Origin: Pseudobdellovibrionaceae bacterium
GTDB lineage: Bacteria > Bdellovibrionota > Bdellovibrionia > Bdellovibrionales > Bdellovibrionaceae
Reading direction: 5' to 3'
Length of the DNA stretch: 64,000 nt
NCBI GenBank assembly: GCA_022843825.1
Contig: JALHMX010000012.1
Span: 22,185-86,184, forward strand
Below, piece by piece: positions 11,147 to 20,800 of the stretch. The translations under genes were made by a program, and so were the position numbers. The stretch's first letter is position 1. Each line of letters begins with the position of its first letter. The notes under the pieces are model-generated. The model was not told where the DNA came from and searched no databases. It worked only from the letters and a program-made list of their open reading frames with translations.

Positions 11147-12090
11147 AAAACGCTATCGTCAATGGCGTCTTGCGCGGATTTTTTAGGTGCAAACCCCAGC
11201 TCTTTTCTAGCTTTATCTGCATCAAACCAATGGTACATGGTTGCGGTGTAGGCATTTTCGCGACTTAATCCTTTTTTGAAAAAATCTCCTACATATCCTA
11301 GTATGTGCAAAATAGAGGAAGGAAGTTGGATGAACGGCGCTTTGACGCCAGCACTTTGTGCAATCATTTGGAACAATTTTTTTATAGTTATATTTTCATG
11401 GGCTAATATATAACGCTCTCCATTTTTTCCATTTTCTAAAGCCAGCAGAATACCATCGGTCACATCATCTACCGACACGACATTTACGCCGCCGCTAGTG
11501 TAGAAGGGAAGTTTACCCTGAGCCACTTTAATTTGATTTTTTCGGCTACCTTTTTTTGCGTCAGCAAATCCATAGATGGTGCTTGGGTTTACACACACAG
11601 CATGAAGCTTTCCGGTTTCTGCTGCCAGGATAACTTTTTTTTCGGCTTCACGTTTTGTTTCAAAATAGCCTAGATTCAAATTTTCAATAGTATACGGAGA
11701 TTTTTCGTTTAAAGTTTCTGGATAAAAACTGCTGCCTATGGTGACTACTGATGATAAGTGAATTAATTTTTTAATTTTATTTTGAAAACAAGCTTGAATA
11801 ACATTTTCGGTGCCTAAAACGTTAACAAGATGCATTTTTTCGCGATCGTACTTTTTATAAGAAATTAAACCTGCTAAATGAATAACATAGTCCTGATTTT
11901 TAAAAGCTTCGATCAGCGAAGCTAAATCAGTGACGTCACCATGGGCATATTTCAAAGAAAGATTTTTAATTTCACTGATATCGCTATTTTTTCTAATCAC
12001 GACAGTGACATCGAAGCCTTGTAAAACCAGTTTTTTACATAAATTAGATCCTAAAAATCCGTTAGCGCCGGTGACTATGATTTTATTCAT
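11116..12090 (-). CDS. NAD-dependent epimerase/dehydratase (extended SDR) family protein
   Basis: Rossmann motif TGANGFLGS at the N-terminus and an extended-SDR length (324 aa). Confidence 0.8.
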   Translation of the reverse strand: MNKIIVTGANGFLGSNLCKKLVLQGFDVTVVIRKNSDISEIKNLSLKYAHGDVTDLASLIEAFKNQDYVIHLAGLISYKKYDREKMHLVNVLGTENVIQACFQNKIKKLIHLSSVVTIGSSFYPETLNEKSPYTIENLNLGYFETKREAEKKVILAAETGKLHAVCVNPSTIYGFADAKKGSRKNQIKVAQGKLPFYTSGGVNVVSVDDVTDGILLALENGKNGERYILAHENITIKKLFQMIAQSAGVKAPFIQLPSSILHILGYVGDFFKKGLSRENAYTATMYHWFDADKARKELGFAPKKSAQDAIDDSVLWMKQNGYIN

Positions 12091-12661
12091 GCAGCGCAGG
12101 GTTCTCTAATTTTTTTTGTACAATTCGTTGCACTAAGTAAGCAAATAACCATCCCCACATAATTCCCATCATAGCTCCGAATAAAATATCGCTTGGAAAA
12201 TGCACCCCTACGTGTACGCGAGAAAGCGCAATAATTAAAGCTAATCCATAAAGACCAAACCTAGCGACTGGAAAAAATATGGCGATGTAAGCGGCCATGG
12301 TAAACATATTTGATGCGTGGTTTGAATAAAAGCTTCGGTTCTCTCCTCCGGAAGCTTTCTGAATTGTTTGTGTTTCTGCAATTTGAAAAGGGCGAGGCCG
12401 CTCGACAATTTTTTTAACTTTGCCACCAACAAAGTCACCCATGGAAATGGCTAAGATAAGGAAAAGAAAGTAAGTAATGCCTATTCGCTTAAATTTTTTG
12501 TAAAATAAAAACCCCAATATTAGGGGAGCAACAAACTTGAACCAGGTATGAAAATGCAAATCCGTAATGATCGGCGTGATTTGATCTAACCACGCCAGTG
12601 AGGGCGTCTGATTAAAAAATTTAAAGAGGGCTAAATCAATATTCCACAGAAGATCTTGCAT
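12083..12661 (-). CDS. PAP2-family phosphatase (membrane)
   Basis: Multi-TM protein with PAP2 motifs KxxxxRPRP, SNHAS and SRVHVGVHFPSD. Confidence 0.85.
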   Translation of the reverse strand: MQDLLWNIDLALFKFFNQTPSLAWLDQITPIITDLHFHTWFKFVAPLILGFLFYKKFKRIGITYFLFLILAISMGDFVGGKVKKIVERPRPFQIAETQTIQKASGGENRSFYSNHASNMFTMAAYIAIFFPVARFGLYGLALIIALSRVHVGVHFPSDILFGAMMGIMWGWLFAYLVQRIVQKKLENPALHE

Positions 12662-12698
12662 GCCTTATAGTCTCATAAGGCATGTCGATGGTAAATAA

Positions 12699-13382
12699 TT
12701 ACTCGCGAATTATTTTAACGTGCTTTAGAATGATAGGTTCGCTGGGCTTATCCATGGCTCCAGTTTTTACCTTAGAGATTGCTTCAGCGATGTCATAGCC
12801 TTCTACAACCTCTCCAAATACTGTGTGTTTACCATCTAGCCAAGGTGTAGCAGCTACTGTAATAAAAAACTGGCTGCCATTGGTGTTAGGTCCGGCATTC
12901 GCCATAGATAATTTACCAGGTTTATCATGTTTTAAATCTTTTACGATTTCATCTTCAAATTTATATCCTGGATCGCCAGTCCCTGTTCCCTGCGGACATC
13001 CGCCTTGAACCATGAAGTTAGGAATAACACGATGAAAATTAAGACCATCATAATATGGCTTTCCTTCTCGCACTTTAGTTTTGGTGTTAGTGCCTTCAGC
13101 CAAACTCACAAAATTTTCAACAGTCTTCGGTGTTTTATCTGCAAATAATTTTATTTTAATAGTGCCCTTAGTTGTTTCAAATACGGCGTACATAGGTGTT
13201 CCTTTCGATCCAGTTGCGGAGGTTGCTTTTTTGGTTTTTGCTTTAGTTTTTGGCGTATCGGCTGACTGAGCTGTAAATGACATCGTCATCAATATAAAGG
13301 CCAAAAGATAAATCCAAAAAACAGTGGATACCTTCGACTGATTAAGTTGGCTGGTCATTTGGCGGATATTTTCAATTTTCAT
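12699..13382 (-). CDS. Periplasmic cyclophilin-type peptidyl-prolyl isomerase
   Basis: Signal/TM region followed by a cyclophilin core ([29 protein letters not shown]). Confidence 0.9.
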   Translation of the reverse strand: MKIENIRQMTSQLNQSKVSTVFWIYLLAFILMTMSFTAQSADTPKTKAKTKKATSATGSKGTPMYAVFETTKGTIKIKLFADKTPKTVENFVSLAEGTNTKTKVREGKPYYDGLNFHRVIPNFMVQGGCPQGTGTGDPGYKFEDEIVKDLKHDKPGKLSMANAGPNTNGSQFFITVAATPWLDGKHTVFGEVVEGYDIAEAISKVKTGAMDKPSEPIILKHVKIIRE

Positions 13383-13462
13383 TTTAACCTCGAACAGACA
13401 CAGTTATAAAAGCCTGTGCTGTTCGTCAAGTTATCGTCTTAAACCTTAATTTTGCTTAAAAT

Positions 13463-14836
13463 TTACTCTATGTTGTTTGACCATTTGGGCTTAAAATAGT
13501 TATAAGAATCGCTTGTGACACGATGCTCATTATCACCTTCTAAATTGTTAATATAGATCTGGTTTTTACCCGTGCGATTACTAGTATAAACTAAAAAACG
13601 TCCATCTGGAGAGAACGAAGGATCTTCATTACTGGCACGTCGGCCGTTAGCTTTATAGGCCGTGGTAATACGAGTAATATTGCTGCCGTCAGCATCCATC
13701 ACAAATATGTCGAAGTAATTATTGATTTGTCCGGCAAAGGCGATTTTTTTACCATCGCGGGACCACGATGGTGTTGAATTATACTTCCCTTGAAAAGTTA
13801 AACGCTTCACGTTTGAGCCGTCCGAATTCATAGTGTAAATCATAGGATTGCCGCCGCGATCCGATGAAAAAGCTAGTTTACTTCCATCAGGAGACACAGA
13901 CACCTCTACATTCATAGCCCCTGCCGGACCTCGAGTAAGCTGAGCGACCTCTTGTCCCTTAGTGTTGAGTTTATATATATTTGGCGTTCCACCCTTAGAG
14001 ATTGTCAGGTAAATAAATTCTCCATCTGGAGAATAACTTCCACCAGAATTTAAACCATTCCGATTAGAAAGAATTGCTCGTCGTCCTTTAACAAAGTCAT
14101 GAACAAACATAGTTAAATTTTGCTGTGTGGAACCCACTTTGCGTGTGTAAATTGAATAAATAACTGATTTTCCGTCTGGTGCCCAATTAGGAGAAATAGC
14201 TACACTGCGATCGCTGGTTAAGGAATCCATTTGGCTGCCGTCCCAATTCATAGTCACAACTTCCTTGTATCCTGTTTTGTCCGTCGTAGCGATGATTTTG
14301 GAAAGGAAAAATCCTTTTACTCCAGTCACGGATTCTAAAATGTCATTGGCAAAAGTATGGCCTATTTGCGTAGCCTGTTTCAAAGAGCCTCGATAGCGTT
14401 TCCCAATAATAAGTTTTTCTTGATTAACGTTATAGAGAAACGATTCAATCACCATTTCGTTGCTTTCAAATGAATAGGTCGTGCGTATTAGAAACTCAGC
14501 GTTTAAGGTTTTCCATGAATTAAATTTAAATCCCGAAGGATTTTCTGTGGAGTGGGGTCGAACTGACAGCGTCGCCGTGTTTTCTAAAAAACCTGCCGGA
14601 GAAAGAACGTTAAAATATCCTGAAAGCTCTAGGTTGCGCTTAGCTGTTTCATAGACGTCAACGCCTGCTTTAAGTGCGTCTGTAGTTTTGTTAGGTCCGA
14701 CCTGATTAAATATCGGAAATGCGAGTTCACTTTTTTTAGCTTTTGCCGTACCGACTTTGATCAAAGGCTCTTGAGCAAAAGCCGAGGCGCCCACGAAAAG
14801 TGTTAAGATTATTGTGTTTAAAATTTTCTTTCTCAT
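13463..14836 (-). CDS. tolB: Tol-Pal system beta-propeller protein TolB
   Basis: Signal peptide, TolB N-domain and repeated SPDG/SWSRDG beta-propeller blades. Lies downstream of tolQRA. Confidence 0.9.
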   Translation of the reverse strand: MRKKILNTIILTLFVGASAFAQEPLIKVGTAKAKKSELAFPIFNQVGPNKTTDALKAGVDVYETAKRNLELSGYFNVLSPAGFLENTATLSVRPHSTENPSGFKFNSWKTLNAEFLIRTTYSFESNEMVIESFLYNVNQEKLIIGKRYRGSLKQATQIGHTFANDILESVTGVKGFFLSKIIATTDKTGYKEVVTMNWDGSQMDSLTSDRSVAISPNWAPDGKSVIYSIYTRKVGSTQQNLTMFVHDFVKGRRAILSNRNGLNSGGSYSPDGEFIYLTISKGGTPNIYKLNTKGQEVAQLTRGPAGAMNVEVSVSPDGSKLAFSSDRGGNPMIYTMNSDGSNVKRLTFQGKYNSTPSWSRDGKKIAFAGQINNYFDIFVMDADGSNITRITTAYKANGRRASNEDPSFSPDGRFLVYTSNRTGKNQIYINNLEGDNEHRVTSDSYNYFKPKWSNNIE

Positions 14837-14860
14837 CTCTTGTCCTTTGTATTTATTTTC

Positions 14861-15601
14861 CTAATCAGGAAATCCTATAACTACACCGTCTACTTTGTAG
14901 ACGGTGGTGAATTTATCTGGAACGCGTGGAAACGGCGAGGCCTTATCTATGGCCAACAAACAATATTCATCATAAGTGGGATTTCCGCTGGATTGCACCA
15001 CTCTTTTATAAATAATTGCCCCTGTCTCATCAAACTTAATGTGGACGCGCGTTCGAAAAGGTTTTCCTATAAGCCACTGCGGTAAAGACCAATGGGCTTT
15101 GATGCGGACATCCAGCTGCGAGAGGTAACTATCTGATTGCATCTTGTCTAAACCTGTTAATGCCGTTCCGGCGGAAAGAGCGCGACCCTTAAAGACTTGC
15201 TGCGCAGCCTGCTCTGCAGCGCGCTCTTTTTCCACTTCTTGCTTTAGCTTTTCAACAGCTGACGAGGCTTTAAGTCGATTTAGCGCCTGTTGTTGCTTCG
15301 ACTTAGCCTTATTTATGTTAATAGCGTCTTCTTTCGCCTTAGGTTTTTTTTCCGGCAATGCCTTAGGAGCAGCTACTGGTTTTTCTGGAGGCTTCTTAGG
15401 AGCAGAATCTTTAGTGATTTCTTTTTTAATTTCTTCAGGTATGGGCGGCGAAGTTATTTTATCTGGAAGATCAACCATATCCACCCGTATCGCTTGCGAC
15501 AAATCTAAAGCATCGCTGGGGAAAAATACAATTTGAACGATCATGAAAAGCACGATCACTAAGTGGACTATAAAAGAGTAAAGAAAGCCTCTACTATTCA
15601 A
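14861..15601 (-). CDS. tolA: TolA/TonB-like energy-transducer protein
   Basis: N-terminal TM helix, a Pro/Lys/Ala/Glu-rich spacer and a TonB_C-like C-terminal domain. Positioned between tolR and tolB. Confidence 0.75.
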   Translation of the reverse strand: MNSRGFLYSFIVHLVIVLFMIVQIVFFPSDALDLSQAIRVDMVDLPDKITSPPIPEEIKKEITKDSAPKKPPEKPVAAPKALPEKKPKAKEDAININKAKSKQQQALNRLKASSAVEKLKQEVEKERAAEQAAQQVFKGRALSAGTALTGLDKMQSDSYLSQLDVRIKAHWSLPQWLIGKPFRTRVHIKFDETGAIIYKRVVQSSGNPTYDEYCLLAIDKASPFPRVPDKFTTVYKVDGVVIGFPD

Positions 15602-15603
15602 AA

Positions 15604-16017
15604 TTAATCCTTAGGTAGCGTAATCAAGCTGATATTATATATTCCGGCCGCACGCGTTTCAGCCATGACTTCTGCGACGATGCCGTAATCAACTTTTTTA
15701 TCGCCTTGAATATAAATTTGCTTATCTTTCCGATCCTTAAATATAGCTGTCAATTTTGATTTTAAATTATTCATCGAAATTGAAACATCGGAAATTTTGA
15801 TTTTTCCATCCGCACTAATGACCATGACGAAGGGCTTTTCGTTAAGCTCTACGCCTGACGACTCGGTTTTAGGTAAGTTGACATCGATGCCTTGCTGCAT
15901 AAGCGGAGCACTGACCATAAAAATAACAAGTAGAACCAACATCACGTCAACAAAAGGAGTGACATTAATTTCACTCATAACCATTTTAGAATTTCTATTT
16001 GATGGACTCATTCCCAT
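15604..16017 (-). CDS. tolR: TolR/ExbD family protein
   Basis: EINVTPFVDVMLVLLVIFM TM motif typical of ExbD/TolR. 137 aa. Confidence 0.88.
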   Translation of the reverse strand: MGMSPSNRNSKMVMSEINVTPFVDVMLVLLVIFMVSAPLMQQGIDVNLPKTESSGVELNEKPFVMVISADGKIKISDVSISMNNLKSKLTAIFKDRKDKQIYIQGDKKVDYGIVAEVMAETRAAGIYNISLITLPKD

Positions 16018-16039
16018 TGTTGATTCCTAGGCTTAATGA

Positions 16040-16897
16040 TTAGTTTTTGAAAAAATTTCTTTTTACGATATTTAAAAAATCAAAGCTAAAATTAGTTAAT
16101 GAAGTTTCTTCTTTTTTAACAACGGTAATAAAGTGATTGTAAATGATTACGGCTGGAATCGCGGCGAATAGCCCTATGGCCGTAGCAATTAAAGCTTCCG
16201 AAATACCAGGCGCTACTGCGGCCAGACTGGCGGACCCAGTTTGCGCAATTTTATGAAATGAATTCATAATTCCCCACACTGTTCCGAATAATCCAATAAA
16301 TGGGCCTGTAGATCCAGTTGAAGCCAGTATGGTCAGTCGCGACTCCATGGCCGAAATTTCATTTTCGATAGCTTTGCGCATCGATCTTTCTAAATTATCT
16401 ATGCCAGAAAGTTGTGGAGAATCTGTTTCAGTGCCGGCCTTGCTTAGAAGGGGAGAGTCCGCAATTTTTTTCATCTCCGCATAAGCGGCGCGGAAGACCT
16501 TAGCGTGCGAGCTTTTAGTCGTCGAAGGAACTTTTTCATAAAGATCGTCCAAAGATGTTGATTTCCAAAATAAATGATCAAACTCGTCATTATGTTTCTT
16601 TAAAGCTTTAAACTCTTGGAATTTACTCCAAGCAATACCCCAGCATAGAATAGACAAGCTGATTAAAATTAAGATCGTCAGTTGGACGACTGGACTTGCG
16701 GACAGCAGAGCATCCATTCCGCTATAATCGACACGGACTTTAGTCGAGGCATCTTGCGCCCACGCTGACCAAAGCGGTGTAAAAATTAAGTTGATTGCGA
16801 CAAATTTTTTAAAAAGCGATATAATATTTTTCATATAGTAAAGTTTAGATGCAAATACAAGGGCAAGCAACATGAATCGATATAAATATTCAGTCAT
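16040..16897 (-). CDS. tolQ: TolQ/ExbB (MotA/TolQ/ExbB proton channel) protein
   Basis: The C-terminal channel region is conserved (GLFGTVWGIMNSF, ALIATAIGL). The start is uncertain: in-frame ATGs at 16834 (gives a signal-peptide-like N-terminus) and 16717 (gives a canonical-length TolQ). Confidence 0.85.
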   Translation of the reverse strand: MTEYLYRFMLLALVFASKLYYMKNIISLFKKFVAINLIFTPLWSAWAQDASTKVRVDYSGMDALLSASPVVQLTILILISLSILCWGIAWSKFQEFKALKKHNDEFDHLFWKSTSLDDLYEKVPSTTKSSHAKVFRAAYAEMKKIADSPLLSKAGTETDSPQLSGIDNLERSMRKAIENEISAMESRLTILASTGSTGPFIGLFGTVWGIMNSFHKIAQTGSASLAAVAPGISEALIATAIGLFAAIPAVIIYNHFITVVKKEETSLTNFSFDFLNIVKRNFFKN

Positions 16898-17969
16898 AAT
16901 TTTGAGTTTATTTTTGATTCAGTGTGTTCAAAAAAATAAGAACGTCCGGTCTGAAAAATATGAAAAAATACCTCGATCGATAGCGTCTGAAAAAAAACTT
17001 GAATTTCCGAAATGTGACAACCCCAAAGCTAACTACTTAGAAAAACAAATACTCAAGTTACCTTTTGAATTTTTACATCCCCAAGAAAATCATTGGAGTA
17101 AAACTATCCCCTTAACTTGTATTCAGTTTGCGCAGAAAAATTTTAAAGGTGCGTTCGCATATTGTGGAACAGAAGAAGATAAGCCCGTGGTCGGGGCGCC
17201 CAAACCCTGTTTATCAGAAAATTATACAAAACTTGTTTATAATGCATATCACGATGTAAAAAATTGTTTTAACTTAGATCCAAAAAATTCATTTTTGCAA
17301 ATAATGATTGAAAGTGGTTTTCATATCAATGCCATTAATCGTACAGGATTTGATGCAGGCATTGGTCAGTTTACTAAAAATGGAATTTTAAGAGTTATGG
17401 ATCGAAATATTGTGAGTCGCACCGGTAGACTTTTGTTAGAAAGTTCTAATCCCGCTTGTGCCCGGATCTCTGGGGCCTTTCGCGATATTCAAAAAGATGC
17501 TTTTAAAATTGAAAAGCGATGCTCTATGATGGCGCTTCCACAAAATCCGTACAGGTCCTTAGTATTACACTATTTACATACGATGCGCGATCAAAGTGAC
17601 TTAAAAAGATTATTAAGCACTCGGATAGAAATAGAGCCAATATTAAACGACGAAATTTTAGAGCATTTGGTCTACATGGCTTATAATCGTGGTATTCAAG
17701 GTACATTACGATTAGTTGATGGGTATATTAAAAGTCGTAAAGCAGTCGGTGCTGCGATCACATCAGAGGATATGAATTTGTGGAAAAATTTATCACGTGC
17801 CCGCAGCATTTTAAAAGAGGAGCCACGCAAACGTCAGATTTTAAAATCTGCAAAGATCAAAAATTTAACCTTTGCAGAATACGCCATGATTCATGAGCAA
17901 AATTATTTAGGCATTATGGCCGAAGCCAGCGAGATCGTAAAAGCTCGCGTAGGCGAGGGGTGTTTTTAG
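16872..17969 (+). CDS. Lipoprotein with lytic-transglycosylase (SLT)-like catalytic motif
   Basis: Lipobox LFLIQC. The stretch IESGFHINAINRTGFDAGIGQFT resembles the SLT ES...GLMQ core. Confidence 0.55.
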   Translation: MNRYKYSVIILSLFLIQCVQKNKNVRSEKYEKIPRSIASEKKLEFPKCDNPKANYLEKQILKLPFEFLHPQENHWSKTIPLTCIQFAQKNFKGAFAYCGTEEDKPVVGAPKPCLSENYTKLVYNAYHDVKNCFNLDPKNSFLQIMIESGFHINAINRTGFDAGIGQFTKNGILRVMDRNIVSRTGRLLLESSNPACARISGAFRDIQKDAFKIEKRCSMMALPQNPYRSLVLHYLHTMRDQSDLKRLLSTRIEIEPILNDEILEHLVYMAYNRGIQGTLRLVDGYIKSRKAVGAAITSEDMNLWKNLSRARSILKEEPRKRQILKSAKIKNLTFAEYAMIHEQNYLGIMAEASEIVKARVGEGCF

Positions 17970-18039
17970 GCTTGCTACAGCGCGTTTCTGGGTGATTCAA
18001 CAAAAAATACGATGTTAGCTAGCACCAAGGAGACATCGT

Positions 18040-19092
18040 ATGACAAAGTTAACCCTTCAATTTTTAGTTTTATTTATAGGCCCATCAGCCTTCGCAGCGC
18101 CACAAATCATGAGCTTAGTCGAATTTCAACATCCTTCAAGTCTAAACACAATTTTAACTCAGACTCAGCAAGACTCTTTTTGTAAACCGTTTGAAGGAAA
18201 ATGGACAGGCACTTGTGACGTCGACGATTCTACACAACAACTCAGCGTGCAAGATTCTATCGAAATATATGCATACAACAATTGCCAGGGAATCACTGTT
18301 GGTAGCCGTTACGGGCACATCGATGGGCAAAAAATTATAAGTGTTTTAAGTCCCGCAATGACTTCGCTAGGGCTGGATTCTAATCAAAGTAACTCTTACG
18401 AAACTTGGTCTTGGAGTACAGATTTGTCCACTTTAAAGATCGCAAAAAGATGGTCACAAAAAATAATTGGATCAGCACAACCAACTGCTGAGGTTTCTGT
18501 TGATCAAAATATGCAAGTCAGCGGAGATACTTTAGTTAGAACCATTTTATCAAGCAATAAAAGAAGCGTATCGTGCAAATATCAAAAAGACTTAAGTCAG
18601 GATCCACTGACGAATTATAACGGCATAGACTTCGAACAACAGTATTTAGGTTTGTTTGATAAAATACCTCATCAACCACCAGCTGCTGGTGAGTGCACCA
18701 GCTTTGCAGGAACCTGGAAGGGGCAATGTACTTTTGAAAGTGGCGCTTACACGAACACATGGTTAGAACAAATTGATGTTCAACAGTACGGTTGTGAAGC
18801 GGTCAATTTTGGCACTAGCTGGACTAAGTTGGGATCAATCACCAACACTTTAGAGACGCAGAAAGTTTCTGGCGGCATCAAGAATGGCACTTTTGTAAAA
18901 ACCGTAAATTGGGACGAGAAAAAACAAAGGCTCATCGGAAACCAAGATGAAACTTTTGTTTTCCCTAACGTTCCCACTATCTACGCTAAAACTGAATCCA
19001 GCATTTTCATCCGCGGCGATGGAAAGCTAGTTCATCGCTCAACCCCCCACGGCAACTGCTACGCCCTTTGTGTTTACGACAAGGTGAAGTAG
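18040..19092 (+). CDS. Secreted hypothetical protein with internal two-domain duplication
   Basis: Signal peptide, then two roughly 150-aa halves that each open with C-x2-F-x-G-x-W-x-G-x-C (CKPFEGKWTGTC and CTSFAGTWKGQC). Confidence 0.6.
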   Translation: MTKLTLQFLVLFIGPSAFAAPQIMSLVEFQHPSSLNTILTQTQQDSFCKPFEGKWTGTCDVDDSTQQLSVQDSIEIYAYNNCQGITVGSRYGHIDGQKIISVLSPAMTSLGLDSNQSNSYETWSWSTDLSTLKIAKRWSQKIIGSAQPTAEVSVDQNMQVSGDTLVRTILSSNKRSVSCKYQKDLSQDPLTNYNGIDFEQQYLGLFDKIPHQPPAAGECTSFAGTWKGQCTFESGAYTNTWLEQIDVQQYGCEAVNFGTSWTKLGSITNTLETQKVSGGIKNGTFVKTVNWDEKKQRLIGNQDETFVFPNVPTIYAKTESSIFIRGDGKLVHRSTPHGNCYALCVYDKVK

Positions 19093-19195
19093 TTTGGCCT
19101 TGTAATAGATGCCTTACTGGATTATTTTAAGCATGCTTTAAGCAAATAAACTTGAAATAGATATCAAATCGGTTCATAAATACTTTTTTTAGAAG

Positions 19196-20800
19196 GTGTT
19201 TATGATCAGTGTCAGTAACGTTAGTCTTAGATATGGTGGCAAGAAGCTTTTTGAAGATGCTACCGTTAAATTTACTCCTGGAAATTGCTATGGCCTTATC
19301 GGAGCTAACGGCGCTGGTAAGTCGACGTTTCTTAAAATTCTAGCCCAGGAAATCGAACCTAATTCCGGCGAAGTGATCAAAGGCAGCGATCAACGACTTT
19401 CGGTTTTAAAACAGGATCATCACGCTTTTGATGAGGTTATCGTTTTAAAAACGGTTATCATGGGAAACCAAAAACTTTTTCAAATCATGGAAGAAAAAGA
19501 AAAGCTTTATAGCAAGCCCGACTTTTCAGATGCTGATGGAGATCGGGCTTCTCAGTTAGAGATGCTGTTTGCAGAAATGAATGGCTATGAGGCCGAATCT
19601 GAGGCCGCAACTCTTTTGGCCGGCCTTGGTGTCAGCGAAGAGCTGCATTCAAAATTTATGAAGGACTTAGTGCCTTCTGATAAAGTAAAGGTGCTTTTGG
19701 CTCAGGCCCTTTTTGGTCAGCCGGATATTTTATTGTTGGATGAGCCCACTAATCACTTGGATATTTATGCTATTCAGTGGTTAGAAGAGTTTTTATTTAA
19801 TTTTAAAAATACTGTCATCGTGGTTTCGCATGATCGCTACTTTTTAAATAAAGTTTGTACTCATATTGCAGATATTGATTACTCTAAAGTAACCACTTAT
19901 AGCGGAAATTATGATTTTTGGTTACAAGCTAGTGAACTCAGTCAAAAATTGTTGGCTGATCAAAACAAAAAAAGTGCGGATAAGGCTGAGGATTTAAAAA
20001 ACTTTATTGCTCGATTTAGCGCGAACGCTTCAAAATCTCGACAGGCGTCCTCGCGTCAGAAGCAATTAGAGAAGCTCACCTTTAATGAAATGCCGACTTC
20101 ATCTCGTCGTCGACCTTTTGTAGGATTTGAATCACTTCGCGAGGCCGGACAAGATATAGTAACTGTTAAAAATATTTCTAAAAAAGTTAACGGTGAGGAT
20201 CTTCTTAAGAATGTTTCTTTTACGCTTAAAAAAGGCGACAAAGTTATTTTACTGGGACGTAATGACCTGGCTAAAACGGTATTGTTAGATATTTTAGCTG
20301 AGAAAACTTCGCCTGACGAAGGATCAGTGACTTGGGGCGTGACTACGACTAGAAGCTATTTACCATCAGATAATTCAGAGTATTTCCAAGATGGCGATTT
20401 AAGTTTGGTCGACTGGCTTCGTCAGTTTTCTACCGAGAAAGATGAATCTTTTATTCGGGGATTTTTAGGCAAAATGCTTTTTAGCGGTAATGAAGCGCTT
20501 AAAAAATCGAATGTGCTTTCGGGTGGAGAGAAAGTCCGGTGTATGTTGTCCAAAATGATGCTTTCAGGAGCCAACGTATTATTACTAGATGGTCCCACTG
20601 CACATTTAGATTTAGAAAGCATAACAGCCGTGAACGACGGTGTTAAAAAATTTAAGGGTACTGTCGTTATGACTTGTCATGATCATGAATTTATTCAAAC
20701 CACAGCGAATCGTATCATAGAGATTTCAGATGGAAAAATCATCGAGGACATTTATTCGACTTATGAAGAGTATATGATGTCAAAAAAAATGCAGCACTAG
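19196..20800 (+). CDS. ABC-F family ATPase (two ABC cassettes, no TM domain)
   Basis: Two Walker A sites (GANGAGKST and a degenerate second site) and two signature motifs (LSGGEKVR), with a linker between cassettes. The start may be ATG 19202. Confidence 0.88.
   Translation: MFMISVSNVSLRYGGKKLFEDATVKFTPGNCYGLIGANGAGKSTFLKILAQEIEPNSGEVIKGSDQRLSVLKQDHHAFDEVIVLKTVIMGNQKLFQIMEEKEKLYSKPDFSDADGDRASQLEMLFAEMNGYEAESEAATLLAGLGVSEELHSKFMKDLVPSDKVKVLLAQALFGQPDILLLDEPTNHLDIYAIQWLEEFLFNFKNTVIVVSHDRYFLNKVCTHIADIDYSKVTTYSGNYDFWLQASELSQKLLADQNKKSADKAEDLKNFIARFSANASKSRQASSRQKQLEKLTFNEMPTSSRRRPFVGFESLREAGQDIVTVKNISKKVNGEDLLKNVSFTLKKGDKVILLGRNDLAKTVLLDILAEKTSPDEGSVTWGVTTTRSYLPSDNSEYFQDGDLSLVDWLRQFSTEKDESFIRGFLGKMLFSGNEALKKSNVLSGGEKVRCMLSKMMLSGANVLLLDGPTAHLDLESITAVNDGVKKFKGTVVMTCHDHEFIQTTANRIIEISDGKIIEDIYSTYEEYMMSKKMQH

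Noticed and set aside
12661-13425. Hairpins TGCCTTAT-N6-ATAAGGCA (12661-12682) and GAACAGACACAG...CTGTGCTGTTC (about 13391-13425) as terminators
   Set aside because: Neither is followed by a T-run on the transcribed (minus) strand, and both sit immediately before the next start codon. They may modulate expression, but I cannot call them terminators.
14840-15536. Plus-strand ORFs 14840-15085, 15144-15536 and 15290-15508
   Set aside because: They are antisense to the tolA-like gene. The translations are low-complexity mirror images of its Lys/Ala/Glu/Pro-rich spacer.
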